Assembly: GCA_043228905.1 (NCBI GenBank) | Contig: JBHGNT010000010.1 | Location: 8,122,001-8,186,000, forward strand | Reading direction: 5' to 3' | Source: Azolla caroliniana | Lineage: Eukaryota > Plantae > Polypodiophyta | Length of the DNA: 64,000 nt | In this document: in pieces, positions 34,267 to 46,851 of the stretch | How positions within the stretch are numbered: position 1 is the stretch's first letter | Layout of the letters: each line of letters starts with the position of its first letter | Made by a program: the position numbers and the translations under genes | Notes under the pieces: generated by a model | The model's database searches: none | What the model saw: only the letters and a program-made list of their open reading frames with translations | Told to the model about the DNA's origin: nothing

Positions 34267-36139
34267 CCTCTGAGATAGGCTGATTCAAGTTTTGACAAGT
34301 ACTTGAATGCTCATAATTGAGCATCTGACACTAAATCTAAAAAATATTCCTATTACTATGAATAGGAATATCGGCCCTAACGGCCTACCGGTTCCCCACT
34401 GATCTGACGTAGCCGATCGGCCTTCGTTCGATCCTGCTTTTGGCTTCTTCACCCGATCTTGGCCTAGTCGATCGGCTTACATCTGATCTAGCTCTCGGCT
34501 TCTTCAGCCGATCTGGGCCTAACCGATCAACCTACGTCTTATTCGGCTCTCTTCTTCTTCAGCCGTTCTGGCCCATGTTGAGCTTGTCACTCAACACACA
34601 CCCTCAAGCTCAACTTGAGGTCCCGTCAGTTCGTCCACTTCAACCGGTTCTTCTCTTTGGCTTCTCTTGTTGCTTGCCTTCTTGCTCGCGCTCCACGACC
34701 CGTTCGATCAACTTGTATACTACCAAGGCTATATCATCATCCTTCTCCTTGCCCTTGCGGAATTGGAGCCCCTTGACTCGTCGACTCCTCCGCATCTGCA
34801 TCGGCTTCAGCTGCCTCCTCATCCACTTGGCCTTCATATGATTCGGCTTATTTGAATCATTCCTTTCGACCAAATCGGTTGTCTCCGATTCGTTCCCGCT
34901 CTTGTTTGAATTGACTGTCTCTAATTCGTCTTCAATCTTGCCCTTAATTATATTAGCCCAATTCATAGCCTTCTTTTCCAGGGCTCTACCTCCCCCTTGT
35001 TTGGTTGACGATGACTTCAACTCTCTCTTTTGGCCACTCCACCTGCAACTAGCTAGTCTTCCCTTAGCCATTCTCATTCCACTTGTCCTCTCGTCCGATC
35101 TGTCCTTGGCTTTTTTAGTCGTACCGGACATTCCGACTTCTTTATCCATCCTGAAATCGAATTCCACATCTTATTTGGCTTCTTGGATCTCAACTATTTC
35201 GCTCTTGCCCTCAATTTTGCTTTTGCTTCTCCCCTTCAAGTTCAACATGTTGAGATGATGCAAGCCAAGCATGCTCGAAAAATGTCGTAACTTGTCCAGG
35301 CCAAGAGGTTTGTTGAAGATATTAGCCAACTGTCGATCTGTCGAAATGTAAACAAGTTGCACTTCACCCGAGAGAACTCGCTCACAGAAAAAATGATAAT
35401 GTACTTCAATATGCTTAGTCTGAGCGTGGAAGATGGGATTCTTGGCTAGTTGAATATTGTTGAGGTTGTCATAGTATATTATTGTCAGCTCAGACAACTC
35501 CATCTACAGATCTTTGAACAACCTCTTGAGCTAGAGGGCTTCGCATGTCACGATAGACGCTCCTCTATATTCGGCCTCAATGCTCGACAGTGCCATTGTC
35601 GACTGCTTCTTGTTGCGCCAGGGGACTATTGCGCTTCCCAATGAAAACGCAAATCCGGATGTTGATCTGTGATTGCCGGCATTTTCGGCTCAGTCTACAT
35701 CCGTGTAGCCGACCAATTGTTCGGCTACATCGGTCTGATATAGCATCACCCTATCCTTTGTGCCGCTTACATATCTCAAGATCCTTTGCACGCACCGAAG
35801 GTGTACGACGTAAGTCAACATCTAGCTTTATGTTGTGATCGAGAGGGGTTGCCACAGATTATAGCAAACTTATACATCCCAAAATTATACAATAAGTTGA
35901 GGGTGTAGTGCCGTTGGGAGATCATAATGCCGGATGGGGTCCGAATTACTTCTATACCTAGAAAGTAATGGAGCTCCTTCATGTCCTTCATTTCAAATCA
36001 GCCGGAGAGAAGCTTCTTGATATTATTGATATCAACCATGTGCTTTCCTCCAATGACTAAGTCGTCGACGTATATTATGATGAATATCTATCCTCTGGAG
36101 TCGCTTCGGATGAACAAGGAATTGTTGGACTTGGACAAG

Positions 36140-38031
36140 TTCACCTTTTTCTATTGAGGAATATCACATTGATCTACCATCTCCTCAATCTCCACTAACT
36201 ATCGACTGAAGTCATGAGTTCTCTATTGATGGATACAACTACAATGACGATCCAACCAATGAAGGGAGTGTCTATCAAGCTACCACAACTATTGTGGATG
36301 TTGGATAGAGCGGCGTTCTTGAACGAAAAGAGGAACCAATTGTGTGAAGAAGAGATCTAGTTGGCAAGATCTATACATTTTAGGAGGGTTCCACGTCGAA
36401 TACATCGAGATAGATTTTCCCTAGTAACATCAGAGAACCAACTCAGATTAGACGTTAGCAAAGTATGTTGTGCTCGTCAGTGTATGTCAAAGATTGGAAA
36501 GGAAAAATTGCGGTCATTAAGGTTTAATATTTTTCCCTCACTAGTGATGAGAAAGACACTTATCTTCTGAAACACATGCAAATGGTGTCCGACAAATCAT
36601 TAGACATTGATCTCCTTCGAGTATTATCTTGTCACTTCACAACAATGTTGTAGAGTTGCATTCAAGATTTTGCTACGTGTTAGCAACATGAGATTACATA
36701 GAGTGCAACAACGGGTTCTCAATGGTGATCCTAGAATTAGTTGCGGCTATGTTCCAAGTATGAAGGGTGCATCTGGAAGAAATGTGATTGGTTGGATGAA
36801 GAACTACATTATGCTTAATTGTGCAGTAATGCAAACTATCGGTAGGTTGCATCTATAAGATAATTACACACGACGGGAAGTTTACGATGCTTATAGAGCG
36901 GAGATGTGTACATCAAGCGATAAGTACGTCACCTACAGTTGGTTCACAAGATTGTGGTCAACACAGTTTAGTAATGTTATTATACCTCGAAAACTACGCA
37001 TGGGGTATTGTTCAATATGTGGAAACCTAAAGAGCATGGCTAAAGGTGCAAAGACAACAAAGGAGAAGGACATCAATAAGAAATTGTTACTGGACCATCG
37101 AGAAGCCCAACCATTGGAGCGGAAGAAAGCAATGCACCATAAGGGGAAGTCATTGAAAAAACCAGAACAATACATGTGTCTTATGATTGATGGTATGAAC
37201 AAAAGAAGACGTGTCTAACTCACCTTAGACGGCTTCTGAAAGACGTCAACTGTGTGTGTTTGGAGCACAGAATGGTAAGGATGATCTTTGCTGAACTATC
37301 CGGATGCATGGATGCGGCTTACCTGCCTAAATAGACAACTATGGATGAATTGCTTGAAACGATTTTAGCACAGATCGGTCGCGGGTCTGTTAGGACACAC
37401 GGATCGGTCGGGACAACAGTACGGATCACGCACGGACCGGACTTTATGTTTTTTAACTAAAGTAAAGGTCATGTGTGGACGCATGCAACTAAAACGTAGA
37501 GTCCATGTAACTAAAGTAAACGTCATGTGTGGAAGCATGAAAGTGTGGGAGGGGATCAAAACTATCTCTCGAAAGAACCCTAAAATTTCCTTATCGAAGA
37601 TATCTCTCGAAGAGATCCGAATTTTCCTTAAGGATCGAAGCCATCTCTCAAATAAACCCTAATTTTTTCTTATCTAAGTGATATCTCTCGAAAAACTCTA
37701 ATTTTCCTTGTGGAAGCCATATCTCTCGAGAAACCCTAATTTTTCTTACAAAAGCCATATCTCTCGAGAAACCTTAATTTTCCTTACGGAAGCCATATCT
37801 CTCAAAAATCCTAATTTTTCTTATTTATTAATCTCTTTAAGCCTAAACCTCTATAATCCCAATCTTGGGATAGATTGTAATTTTTCTTTTCTTTGTTAAT
37901 GAAAACCATCAAACTTTTTCATTTCCGTTAATTCTTAAAAACAAACGCACGAATCTGTATCCTCTGGTCGGAGGCCCCGGGGTCCTGCCTCAAGTTCACA
38001 TGTCTTTGTCCTATTTTCGTGACACCGGCTC
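36140..38031 (+). mobile_element. Sola-like (DUF7869-type) DDD DNA transposon remnant with subterminal repeats and a candidate 3' TIR
   Basis: CCARQC, CRVAFKILLRVS..RL, FTRLWSTQF..VIIP...MGYCSIC...H..Q..ER and MCLMIDGM motifs (36361-37218). Ends ...TTTTCGTGACACCGGCTC at 38031. Confidence 0.6.
37560..37830. repeat. ~38-bp minisatellite (about 7 copies) containing AAACCCTAA
   Basis: Consensus about AAGCCATATCTCTCGAGAAACCCTAATTTTCCTTACGG. Confidence 0.85.
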
Positions 38032-38178
38032 TGTATGATGAGAAACACTTCCGGTTGGGGGTTAGATGGAACAACACTTCCGGTTGGTGTTGGCTTCACA
38101 TTCTCCATATTGAAGCGCCTCAGCACCTTTCGAATGTAGTCGGCCTGGGAGAGTCGGAGAGTATCTGTCACTCGATCC

Positions 38179-38552
38179 TGTTGGGAGACAGGTCCCTCCA
38201 GATGGGAAGGGAGAAGAACAGTGTTGATGAGCAAACTCGGCTGAGGCCGATAGGCCGAGGCCGATAGGCCGAGGCCGAAACCGGATGACGAGTACCCGGC
38301 TACGGAGAGCCGGATGGTGCAGACCTGGTGAGAACCGGATGAAGAGTACCCGGAAAGCGTCGGATGATGCAGGCCTGGTGAGGAGTGCTCACCGGATGAA
38401 GAGACATATTCGTAAATATGTTTCTGAGAGTCCATCGTGGCTATATTTGTAAATCGCCGAAAAATCATATTAGTATAAATATGACTTAGGGCAAACTTTT
38501 TGAAAGTAGTTGTCATTCTTGTTGGTGCAAGAAGAGAGAGCGCGTAACAGTG

Positions 38553-38594
<42 letters not shown>

Positions 38595-41500
38595 CGAAGA
38601 GTTCGCATCTCTGTTGTAACCGCCGACTGTGGCGAAGATAGCAAGCTCGAGGTTGTTGCCTCGGTGCTCCACCATTGTACATTCTTCTATAGTGATAGTT
38701 TGGAGTCTGTGGACTCCCGTGGTTTTTCCCTCTAAGGGTTTTCCACGTTAACATCCTGTGTACTCTTCTCTCCTTTGTGTCGTGCATTTTCATTTCTCGT
38801 TTTCTGTGTATGATTCTAAGCTCGGTTGAGGCCGAGCGTTGCGCATAAGGAGCGTGCAGTTCCTGTCAAAGTGGTATCAGAGCAAAACGACACAGAAAAT
38901 GGACGATTCGTTGGGAGGCATGTTCAAGCTCACAGGCTCCAACTATTCAGTGTGGAAGTCGAAGATGAGGGACATGCTCGTGGTTAACGACCTCTGGCTG
39001 CCGGTTCAGTTCAGGGACAAGAGACCGGACAAAATCAACGCCGCGATATGGGAGGTAATGCACATGAAAAAAACGGCGTACATACGGTGCTTCATCGACA
39101 TGAGCCTATGCAACAACTTCAATGAAGAGAGCAAGGCTCATGAGCTCTGGGAGAAGATCGGCATTATGTTTCAGAACAAAAAAGTTGTTAATCAGGTTTC
39201 GGTATTCCGGAAGCTAGTAAGACTCTGGTACCAAGATGGCTCCAGCATGGCGGAACACATGAATGCCTTCCAGGGGCTGATACACCAGGCAACATCATTG
39301 GAAGAGGCCGATGAGGTACTAGCACTACTCCTGCTCGGTTCCCTCCCAGATAGCTGGGAGACGTTGGTTGTCACCTTGTGCAACGCCGGGCCGGAAGGGA
39401 AACGGTTATCCCTAGCAAGAGTGAAGTCGAGCTTGCTAGATGAGGAGGCGCGTCGGAAAGATAAGGATACGAGCTCCGACTCCAAAGCGCTCCTTACCGA
39501 ATTGGAACGCGGAAGACAAAGGAACTGTAGTCCCAAGAACCGGGAGATGTCGGGGACACGGTCAAAGTCAAGGGGGAGGCCTACTTGCTTCTATTGCGGC
39601 AAGCCGGGACACTTCCTGAAGAACTGTCGGCATTTCCGAAAGGACAAGGAAACCGACGGTACCGATTCGAAGCGGACCCCGGACCGCAACGGTAAAGACC
39701 GGAGGGGGCCGGACCGGAAGGGAACGATGGCAATCACGGCAAGTGAAGAAGAGTTGATGCTCATCACTGAGGAGAGTGAGATAAACCTTGCCGGCGACGA
39801 GATGACCTGGGTGGTCGACTCCGGAGCGTCGTTCCACCTTACCTTGGACCGGAAATGCTTCTCATCCTACTCAGCCGGTGATCACGGTTGTGTCCGGATG
39901 GGGAATGAAGGAACATGCCGAATTGTCGGCATAGGAGATGTGTGGCTGACAACACCAACCGGATGCAAGCTGCTGCTGAAGGATGTCCGACACGTTCCGG
40001 AGGTTCGTCTGAACCTGATAATAGACGGTCGGCTAGATGATGAAGGCTACACGGGTAGCATCCGGAACGGTGTTATGAAGTTCAGCAAAGGGAGCCTGAT
40101 TGTGGCTCGGGCCCGGAAGGTAAACACCCTGTACCTGATGAATGCCCAGTTATGTCCGGAGGAAGTGAACGTGGCATCCGACACTGCCGGTGAGTTGTGG
40201 CACAAAAGGTTGTGTCACATGAGCGAGAAGGGGATGAAGAGGCTTGCAGACGACAACCTCATTCCAGTGAAGAACGTACACTTGGAGAAGTGCACTGATT
40301 GTCTGGTTGGTAAGCAAAACCGGACCTCCTTCCGACCAAGGCCACCGATGAGACGTAATGCACCACTGGAGTTGGTGCATACTGATGTGTGTCAAGTGGA
40401 TACGAAGTCACATGCCGGATCGCAGTACTTCGTGACGTTCATAGATGACCACAGCCGAAAGTTGTGGGCCACACCGTTGAAGACGGAGGATCAGGTGTTA
40501 TCCGTCTTCAAAGAGCTCCACGTGAGAGTGGAAAGAGAAACCGGCCGGAAGCTGAAGGCGGTTCGAGCAGATAACGGATGTGAATACCGGTGGCAGTTCG
40601 AGGAGTATTGTCCCTCGAAGGGAATCCGGCTCGAATTTACCGTGCCAAAGACGCCGGAACTAAACGGGCTGGCCGAGAGGATGAACCGGACCATAATGGA
40701 GAGGGTCCGGATTATGCTGGCGCATGCAAAACTACCCAAGAAGTTTTGGGCTGAGGCGTTGTCGACAGCGACGTATGTGATAAACAGATGACCTTCAGTA
40801 CCCTTGGACAGAGACACACCACAGAGAGTCTGGACCGGTAAGGAAGTATCCTACTGGCATCTGAAGGTATTCGGGTGTCTTGCGTATGTGCATGTAGCTA
40901 AGGACCGGAGAGGAAAGTTAGATCCAAAGACCCGGCCATGCATATTCCTTGGTTACAGCTTCGATGAGTTCGGCTACCGAGTGTGGGACCCGGTCGACAA
41001 TAAGGTATTCCGGAGTCGAGACATTATCTTCATGGAGGACAAGACGCTCGCCGACTGGGAGTCGGAGAAGAAGTTAATGAACTCTGAGTCGACCGGTAAG
41101 GATTGATTCCACGATGAGCAGACCCAACCGGCAAGAGACCGATTAGCACTTGAGGAACCAGCCGGTTATGGTGAGGATACCGAACCGGCAGAAGAAGAAG
41201 TAGAGGAAGCTGAAACCGGAACCGGCCAAGACCCCGAATCGGATTCGGATGAAGAGCAAATGGAGGAGCCGGTTACCGAAGCCCAAAGACGGAGATATCC
41301 TCTCAAAGAGAGAAGGGCCCCCCAGAGATTTCCGAATGCAGAGCATGTGCTGCTCACCGATGAGGGGGAGCCAGAAAGCTTCGAGGAAGCTAAAAGTGAC
41401 ACCCACAGTCGCAAATGGTTAAGTGCCATGCAGGATGAGATGGATTCCCTGCATGAGAACCATACGTACGAATTGGTGGAGTTGCCGAAAGGAAAGCGGG

Positions 41501-43623
41501 CACTCTAAAACAAGTGGGTGTACAAGTTGAAACCGGGAGATGCCGGCAACCCCCCGAGATACAAAGCCAGGATCGTGGTGAAGGGGTTCCAGCAGAAGAA
41601 GGGCGTGGACTTTGACGAGATATTTGCCCCGGTAGTAAAGATGACCTCCATCCGGACAGTGCTGAGTATAGCGGCAAGCATGGACCTCGAGGTAGAGCAG
41701 CTGGACGTGAAGACGGCATTCCTTCACGGTGACCTCGAAGAGGAGATCTACATGCAGCAACTGGAAGGATTCGTGGAGAAAAGGAAGGAGCACTTGGTTT
41801 GCTGGTTGAAGAAGAGCCTATACGGACTAAAACAGGCTCCCCGACAATGGTACCGGAAGTTTGACTCCTTCATGACCGATCAATGGTACCGCAAGACGCA
41901 GGCCGATCACTGCGTGTTTGTGAAGAAGTTCGAAGGAGGCGACTTCTTGATACTCCTTTTGTACGTGGACGACATGTTGATTGTCGGACGGGACCAAGCC
42001 AAAATATAGATGTTGAAGAAGGCTCTCAACCGGACCTTCTCAATGAAAGACTTGGGTCCGGCAAGACAAATGTTGGGGATGCATATCATCCGGAACCGAC
42101 CAGCGAAGCAACTGTGGCTGTCACAAGAGAAATACGTGACAAAGGTGCTTCAGCGGTTCAACATGTCAGATGCGAAACCGGTCAGATCGACACTTCCGGC
42201 AAACTGCAGGTTATCCGGTAAGCAAAGCCCGAAGACGAAAGCAGATAAGGCGGATATGATGAAGGTTCCATATGCCTCTGCCGTTGGGAGCTTAATGTAT
42301 GCAATGGTGTGTACCCGTCGGATATAGGATACGCAGTCGGAGTGGTGAGCCGGTTTATGAGCAATCCCGGCAAGGAGCACTGGAACGCGGTCAAATGGAT
42401 ACTCTGAGACTTGAAGGGCACTTCGAACATGTGTCTCCGATTCGGCTCCGGTAAACCTCAACTTGACGGTATTACCGACTCGGACATGTCGGCTTATGTG
42501 GATACCAGCCGGTCTACATCCGGGTATGTAATGACATATGCAGGGGGAGCTGTTTCGTGGCAGTCGAGACTACAGAAGACGGTTGTGTTGTCAACCATGG
42601 AGGCGGAGTACATGGCGACTGTGGAAGCCGGCAAGGAAATATTATGGATGAAGGAGTTCATCGGAGAGCTCGGTATCAGGCAAGATGAATACCGGCTTTA
42701 CTGCGACAGTCAAAGTGTCATCCACCTTGCTAAGAATGCGGCCTACCATTCCCGGACGAAGCATATCCAGCAAAGGTATCACTGGATCCGGGAAAGAGTA
42801 GATGACCAGAAGTTCGCGCTGACGAAGATCCACACGGCTGAGAACGGGTCAGATATGTTGACCAAAGTGCTGATACCCGACAAGCTGGACGCATGCCGGA
42901 AGCGGATCAGACTAGTAAGACACCCCATGCCGGAGTGAAGGGGGAGTTTGTTGGGAGACAGATCCCTCCGGATGGGAAGGGAGAAGAACAGTGCTGATGA
43001 GCAAACTCGGTTGAGGCCGATAGGCCGAGGCCGAAACTAGATGACAAGTACCCGGCTACGGAGAGCCGGATGGTGCAGACCCGATGAGAACCGGATGAAG
43101 AGTACCCGGAAAGCGCCGGATGATGCAGGCCCGGTGAGGAGTGCTCACCGGATGAAGAGACATATTCGTAAATATGTTTCTGAGAGTCCATCGTGGCTAT
43201 ATTTGTAAATAGCCGAAAAATCATATTAGTATAAATATGACTTAGGGCAAACTTTTTGAAAGTAGTTGTTGTCATTCTTGTTGGTGCAAGAAGAGAGAGC
43301 GCGTAACAGTGTACAGAGAGAGAGAGAGAGAGAGAGAGAAAGAAAGAGACGAAGAGTTCGCATCTCTGTTGTAACCGCCGACTGTGGCGAAGATAGCAAG
43401 CTCGAGGTTGTTGCCTCGGTGCTCCACCATTGTACATTCTTATATAGTGATAGTTTAGAGTCTGTGGACTCCCGTGGTTTTTCCCTTTAAGGGTTTTCCA
43501 CGTTAACATCCTGTGTACTCTTCTCTCCTTTGTGTCGTGCATTTTCATTCCCCGTTTTCTGTGTATGATTCTAAGCTCGGTTGAGGCCGAGCGTTGCGCA
43601 TAGGGAGCGTGCAGTTCCTGTCA
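38179..43623 (+). mobile_element. Structurally complete Copia element D (Tork/Tnt1-like)
   Basis: LTRs 38179-38868 and 42949-43623, TSD GATCC (38174-38178, 43624-43628), PBS TGGTATCAGAGC at 38872, PPT GAAGGGGGAG at 42937. Confidence 0.96.
38899..42938 (+). pseudogene. Copia D gag-pol (gag, PR, INT, RT, RNase H) with a few stops and a frameshift
   Basis: NYSVWK, CFYCGKPGHFLKNC, VDSGASFH, HTDV, ADNG, YVDDML, YCDSQS, SDMLTK. Stops at 40789, 41104, 41506 and 42007; frameshift near 42320. Confidence 0.95.
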
Positions 43624-44237
43624 GATCCTCATGCTCAGTATGCGTGAGGCTTGTCTGAGTTCCTTCATCACGAACTTTTCGTGAAGACTCCGCTTTAGGT
43701 TTCTGATTTCAGCTTTATTGCACCCTACAATCAGCATATATCGTCGACATATAGGATCATCAGATGGATCTAGGACTCAACGGCCAATTGCCAAGTATAT
43801 AAGCATGGGTCGGAGTCAGACTGGTTGTAGTCGAGTTGTCGGATGTAGGAGTCGAACTTCTGGTACCACATCCTCAGCACTTGTTTTAAGTCGTATAGGC
43901 TTTTCTTCAGTCGACATACGAGGTGACTTTCCTTTCCTCCCTTGTTATCGAGAAGCTCACCGGTTGAGACATGTAAATGCCCTCTTCCAAGTCTCCGTGT
44001 AGGAATGTCGTCTTGATGTCCAGCTACTCAAGCTCTAAGTCCTCTATCGCCACAAACCCAAGTAGGAGTCAAAGGGTGGTCATCTTGACTACTGGGGAGA
44101 AAATCTCATCGTAGTCGACCCCATGTTCTTGTTTGAACCCTTTTGCAACAAGTCGAGCTTTGCACTTGGGCTTTTTCCAAATCAGATACATATTTGTACC
44201 TGAAGACCCATTTGTAGGGTAGCGGCTTCCTTCTCCT

Positions 44238-46851
44238 TCATCTCGAATAATGCCGCGAGGTGAGATTTGACGCGGCCAATTTCGTCTGGTTCACGTCGGC
44301 GATGACTAAATCATCAACATAAAGTAAAATACTAACCGGCCCATTCCGACCTCCGATTTTGATGGAGCAAACCCCATCCGATGCAGTCTCTGCGTGACTT
44401 TCGTGGTCCAAGCACGCGAGGCTTGTTTGAGTCCGTACAGGGACTTCTTCAATCAGCACATTGCCAATGTATTCATTCTGAACTCAAAATAGGGGGGTTG
44501 AACCATAAACACTTGTTCCTCAAGATCACCTTGCACGAACGCGTTTTTCACATCCATCTGATGTACATGCCACCCCTTCGCTGCTACCACCTCAAGCAAG
44601 ACACAGACGGTCTTCATCTTCGCGACCAGCGCGAATGTCTCATCATAATCGATGTCGTGTTGTTGTGTATAGCCTTTGGCCACTAACCGGGTCTTGTACC
44701 TGTTGGTGGAGCCGTTGGTGTTGTATTTAACCTTGTATACCCATCGACAACCGATCGGCTTCACTCCTTTCGGTACATCAACTAAATCCCATGTCTCATT
44801 TTCCGTGAGTGCGTGCATCTCTTCCTCCATAGTGGCACGCCAATTTGCATCATTTGCCGCTTTTGTGTAACTCTCTGGCTCACGCACCACCACTACCTTC
44901 ATCATGTACGCATAATGATGCACCATATACTCATTGTATCCGTACCTTTTTAGGGGGTTTTTTTGGCAGGTCGATCGGCACAGTTTCTCCTCTGTCAATT
45001 TCTTGGCCTTCTTGGCCGACTCGGACTTCTCTTCCGAAGGTCCGTCTTCGTTCTTTCTGGAGTCGGATTCGCTCCAATCCGACTCTTCTTTGCCAATGGC
45101 ATATTCCAGCATCTTCTTCTTCCCCTTCTCTTTGCGCATGAACCATCTCCTCGGTTCCTTGCGACGAGAAATTTGCGGATTAATCTCCGGCCACAACCGA
45201 AGTGTAGATCACTTGATGACAATCAAAACACAGACGAAATGGGAATGGAGGTGAGTACACAAAACAGAAAGAGAATACACAGGATATTAACGTGGAAACC
45301 CCTGAGAGGGAAAAACCACGGGAGTCCACAGACTCCAAACTATCACTATATAAAGTAATACAACAGGGAGCACAGAGGCAACAACCTCTTGCTCACAATC
45401 TTCGCCTAGCGGCAGTTACAACAAAGACACAATCTTTGTATATCACTCTCTCTCTCTTATGCACTGTACAGAAGTTACACCAATAACTCTATCATCATCG
45501 CTATTAAGTTTGCCCTAGGTCATATTTATACTAATATGACTTTCGGGCTATTTACAAATATAGCCCTAGTGGGCTCTCTGGAACATATTTACATATATGT
45601 CCCTTCCATCCGATGAGAGGTTCTCACCAGGCCTGCAACATCCGGTTCTCACCGGGTCTTCCATGTCGTAGGTTGGACCTTGTCCTCCTTGTCCTTGGCC
45701 GAATCGGCCTCTAACTCGTCCGCGTTCTCTTCCTCCGTTCGAGTGCGTGTAGAGCATGTGGCCTTCCGACTCGTTGCTCCTTGTACGCAGGTGGTTTTCT
45801 TCGACCAATAGCATTGATTGGAGCTCGAAGAAGGAGGGAGATTTCTCCCTTGCTAGAACGGCGGTTCGCATCACGCCGAACCGTGGTGCGAGGCCACCGA
45901 GGCATATTTGCACCATCTCATCATCATCTATACTTACACTTATCGAGCCGAGCGAGTCGCAAAGCTCCTTGATCTTCAAGGTGTATGTCGTGATGGACAT
46001 GTCCCTTTGTTGAATGTTGTTCAACTCTTGGCGGAGTTGAAGCCTTCTTGCGGTTGTGTTCGCCGCGAAACTCTTTCATTGGCTTCGCAAATGTAGCCGA
46101 GCATGTGATCGTGAACACATGTCGCCAAGCAATACATCACGCGGCTTGCGGCTTGCTCCCATGTCGCGTATTTGGGAGCCGCTTCGGCAGGTCGGTCTTC
46201 GTGCTCTCCTTTGATGTAGCTCCAATAGCCTTGTCCGACAAGGTATTGGTGCATCTTGTACTCCCAAGATGCGAAGTTGTTTCGATCCAACTTCTCGGTA
46301 GGGAGAGCACTCCCCTATGTCGATTCTTCTTCTTCTTCTTCTTCTCTCTTCGAATGTGAGCTATGTAGTGAAGCTACGATAGCGATGAGCCGGTTCTTGG
46401 TTGTCGGCGTAGAGCACAACACACGATCACGATGAGGCGAATGGGCTAGATCGAGCTACCAAATCGCTCTGATACCATGCAAAGAATCAGGTATGATTCT
46501 TGTGTAGCGGAATAGGTGTGAACTGTGTGTGTATGAGAGAGAGAGAGAGAGAGTGAGGCATAGAGAATACGCAAAGTAAAGTATATTAACAAATGAGAAA
46601 GACTCAACTAAATACAAGGTGGGAGGAGGGTGCTTTATATAGTCACCCTCTCTCTTCATTAACTACAAGACTCATGGAGCATGGGGAATGTGAAAGCTCA
46701 TAAGTTATGTGTCATAGAATATGATTCTATGACTCATACTAAATGCTAGAATACAAAGAGGTGACATAATGGTGACTCTTGACCGTTGGAGTGTCTATTC
46801 ACTCTCAAGGTGAGTTCACACACTAGACCAAGTTGAGCTTGATTCTCAACA
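44238..46851 (-). mobile_element. Copia element C (A/B family): 5' LTR, gag and RT N-terminal half, with PR-INT missing
   Basis: LTR 46851-46478, PBS TGGTATCAGAGC (46477-46466), gag DRNNFASWEYKMHQYL, RT REPESY...MDVKNAF...LYVDDL. Confidence 0.88.
45171..45663 (-). mobile_element. Truncated LTR of a D-related subfamily sitting inside element C
   Basis: Minus strand shares GTCATATTAGTATAAATATGAC and GTTTGGAGTCTGTGGACTCCCGTGGTTTTTCCCT with the D LTRs. No TG...CA ends or TSD visible. Confidence 0.75.

Larger units (their letters stand above)
28705..36139 (-). mobile_element. Copia element B: 3' half (RT C-terminus, RNase H, extension, 3' LTR); its LTR is split by element A
   Basis: Minus strand shows IYVDDL, LHYFLGIEV, YYDN...TKHIEVHYHF, QLANIFNKPL. 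LTR starts TGTTGAG at 34596, is interrupted at 34271/28920 and resumes to ...CTTCCGCAC...TTTTACA at 28705. Includes the (GA)n at 28783-28838. Confidence 0.82.
38075..44236 (-). pseudogene. Tork-like Copia RT fragment (element E), split by element D
   Basis: Minus strand: [40 protein letters not shown]...ILSMRI (44236-43624), resuming DRVTDTLRLSQADYIRKVL left of 38179. Confidence 0.85.

Noticed and set aside
37560-37830. CRISPR-like appearance of ~38-bp repeats
   Set aside because: Contiguous degenerate tandem units without unique spacers, no cas genes, eukaryotic context.
37935-38793. Antisense ORFs of 107-246 aa over the D LTRs (also 42907-43548)
   Set aside because: They run through microsatellite and LTR sequence, and frames differ between sister LTRs.
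28705-46851. B and C as the two ends of one giant nested element
   Set aside because: Their LTRs differ except at the termini, the flanks do not match (ACCCA vs AGGGT), and both contain the YVDD region.
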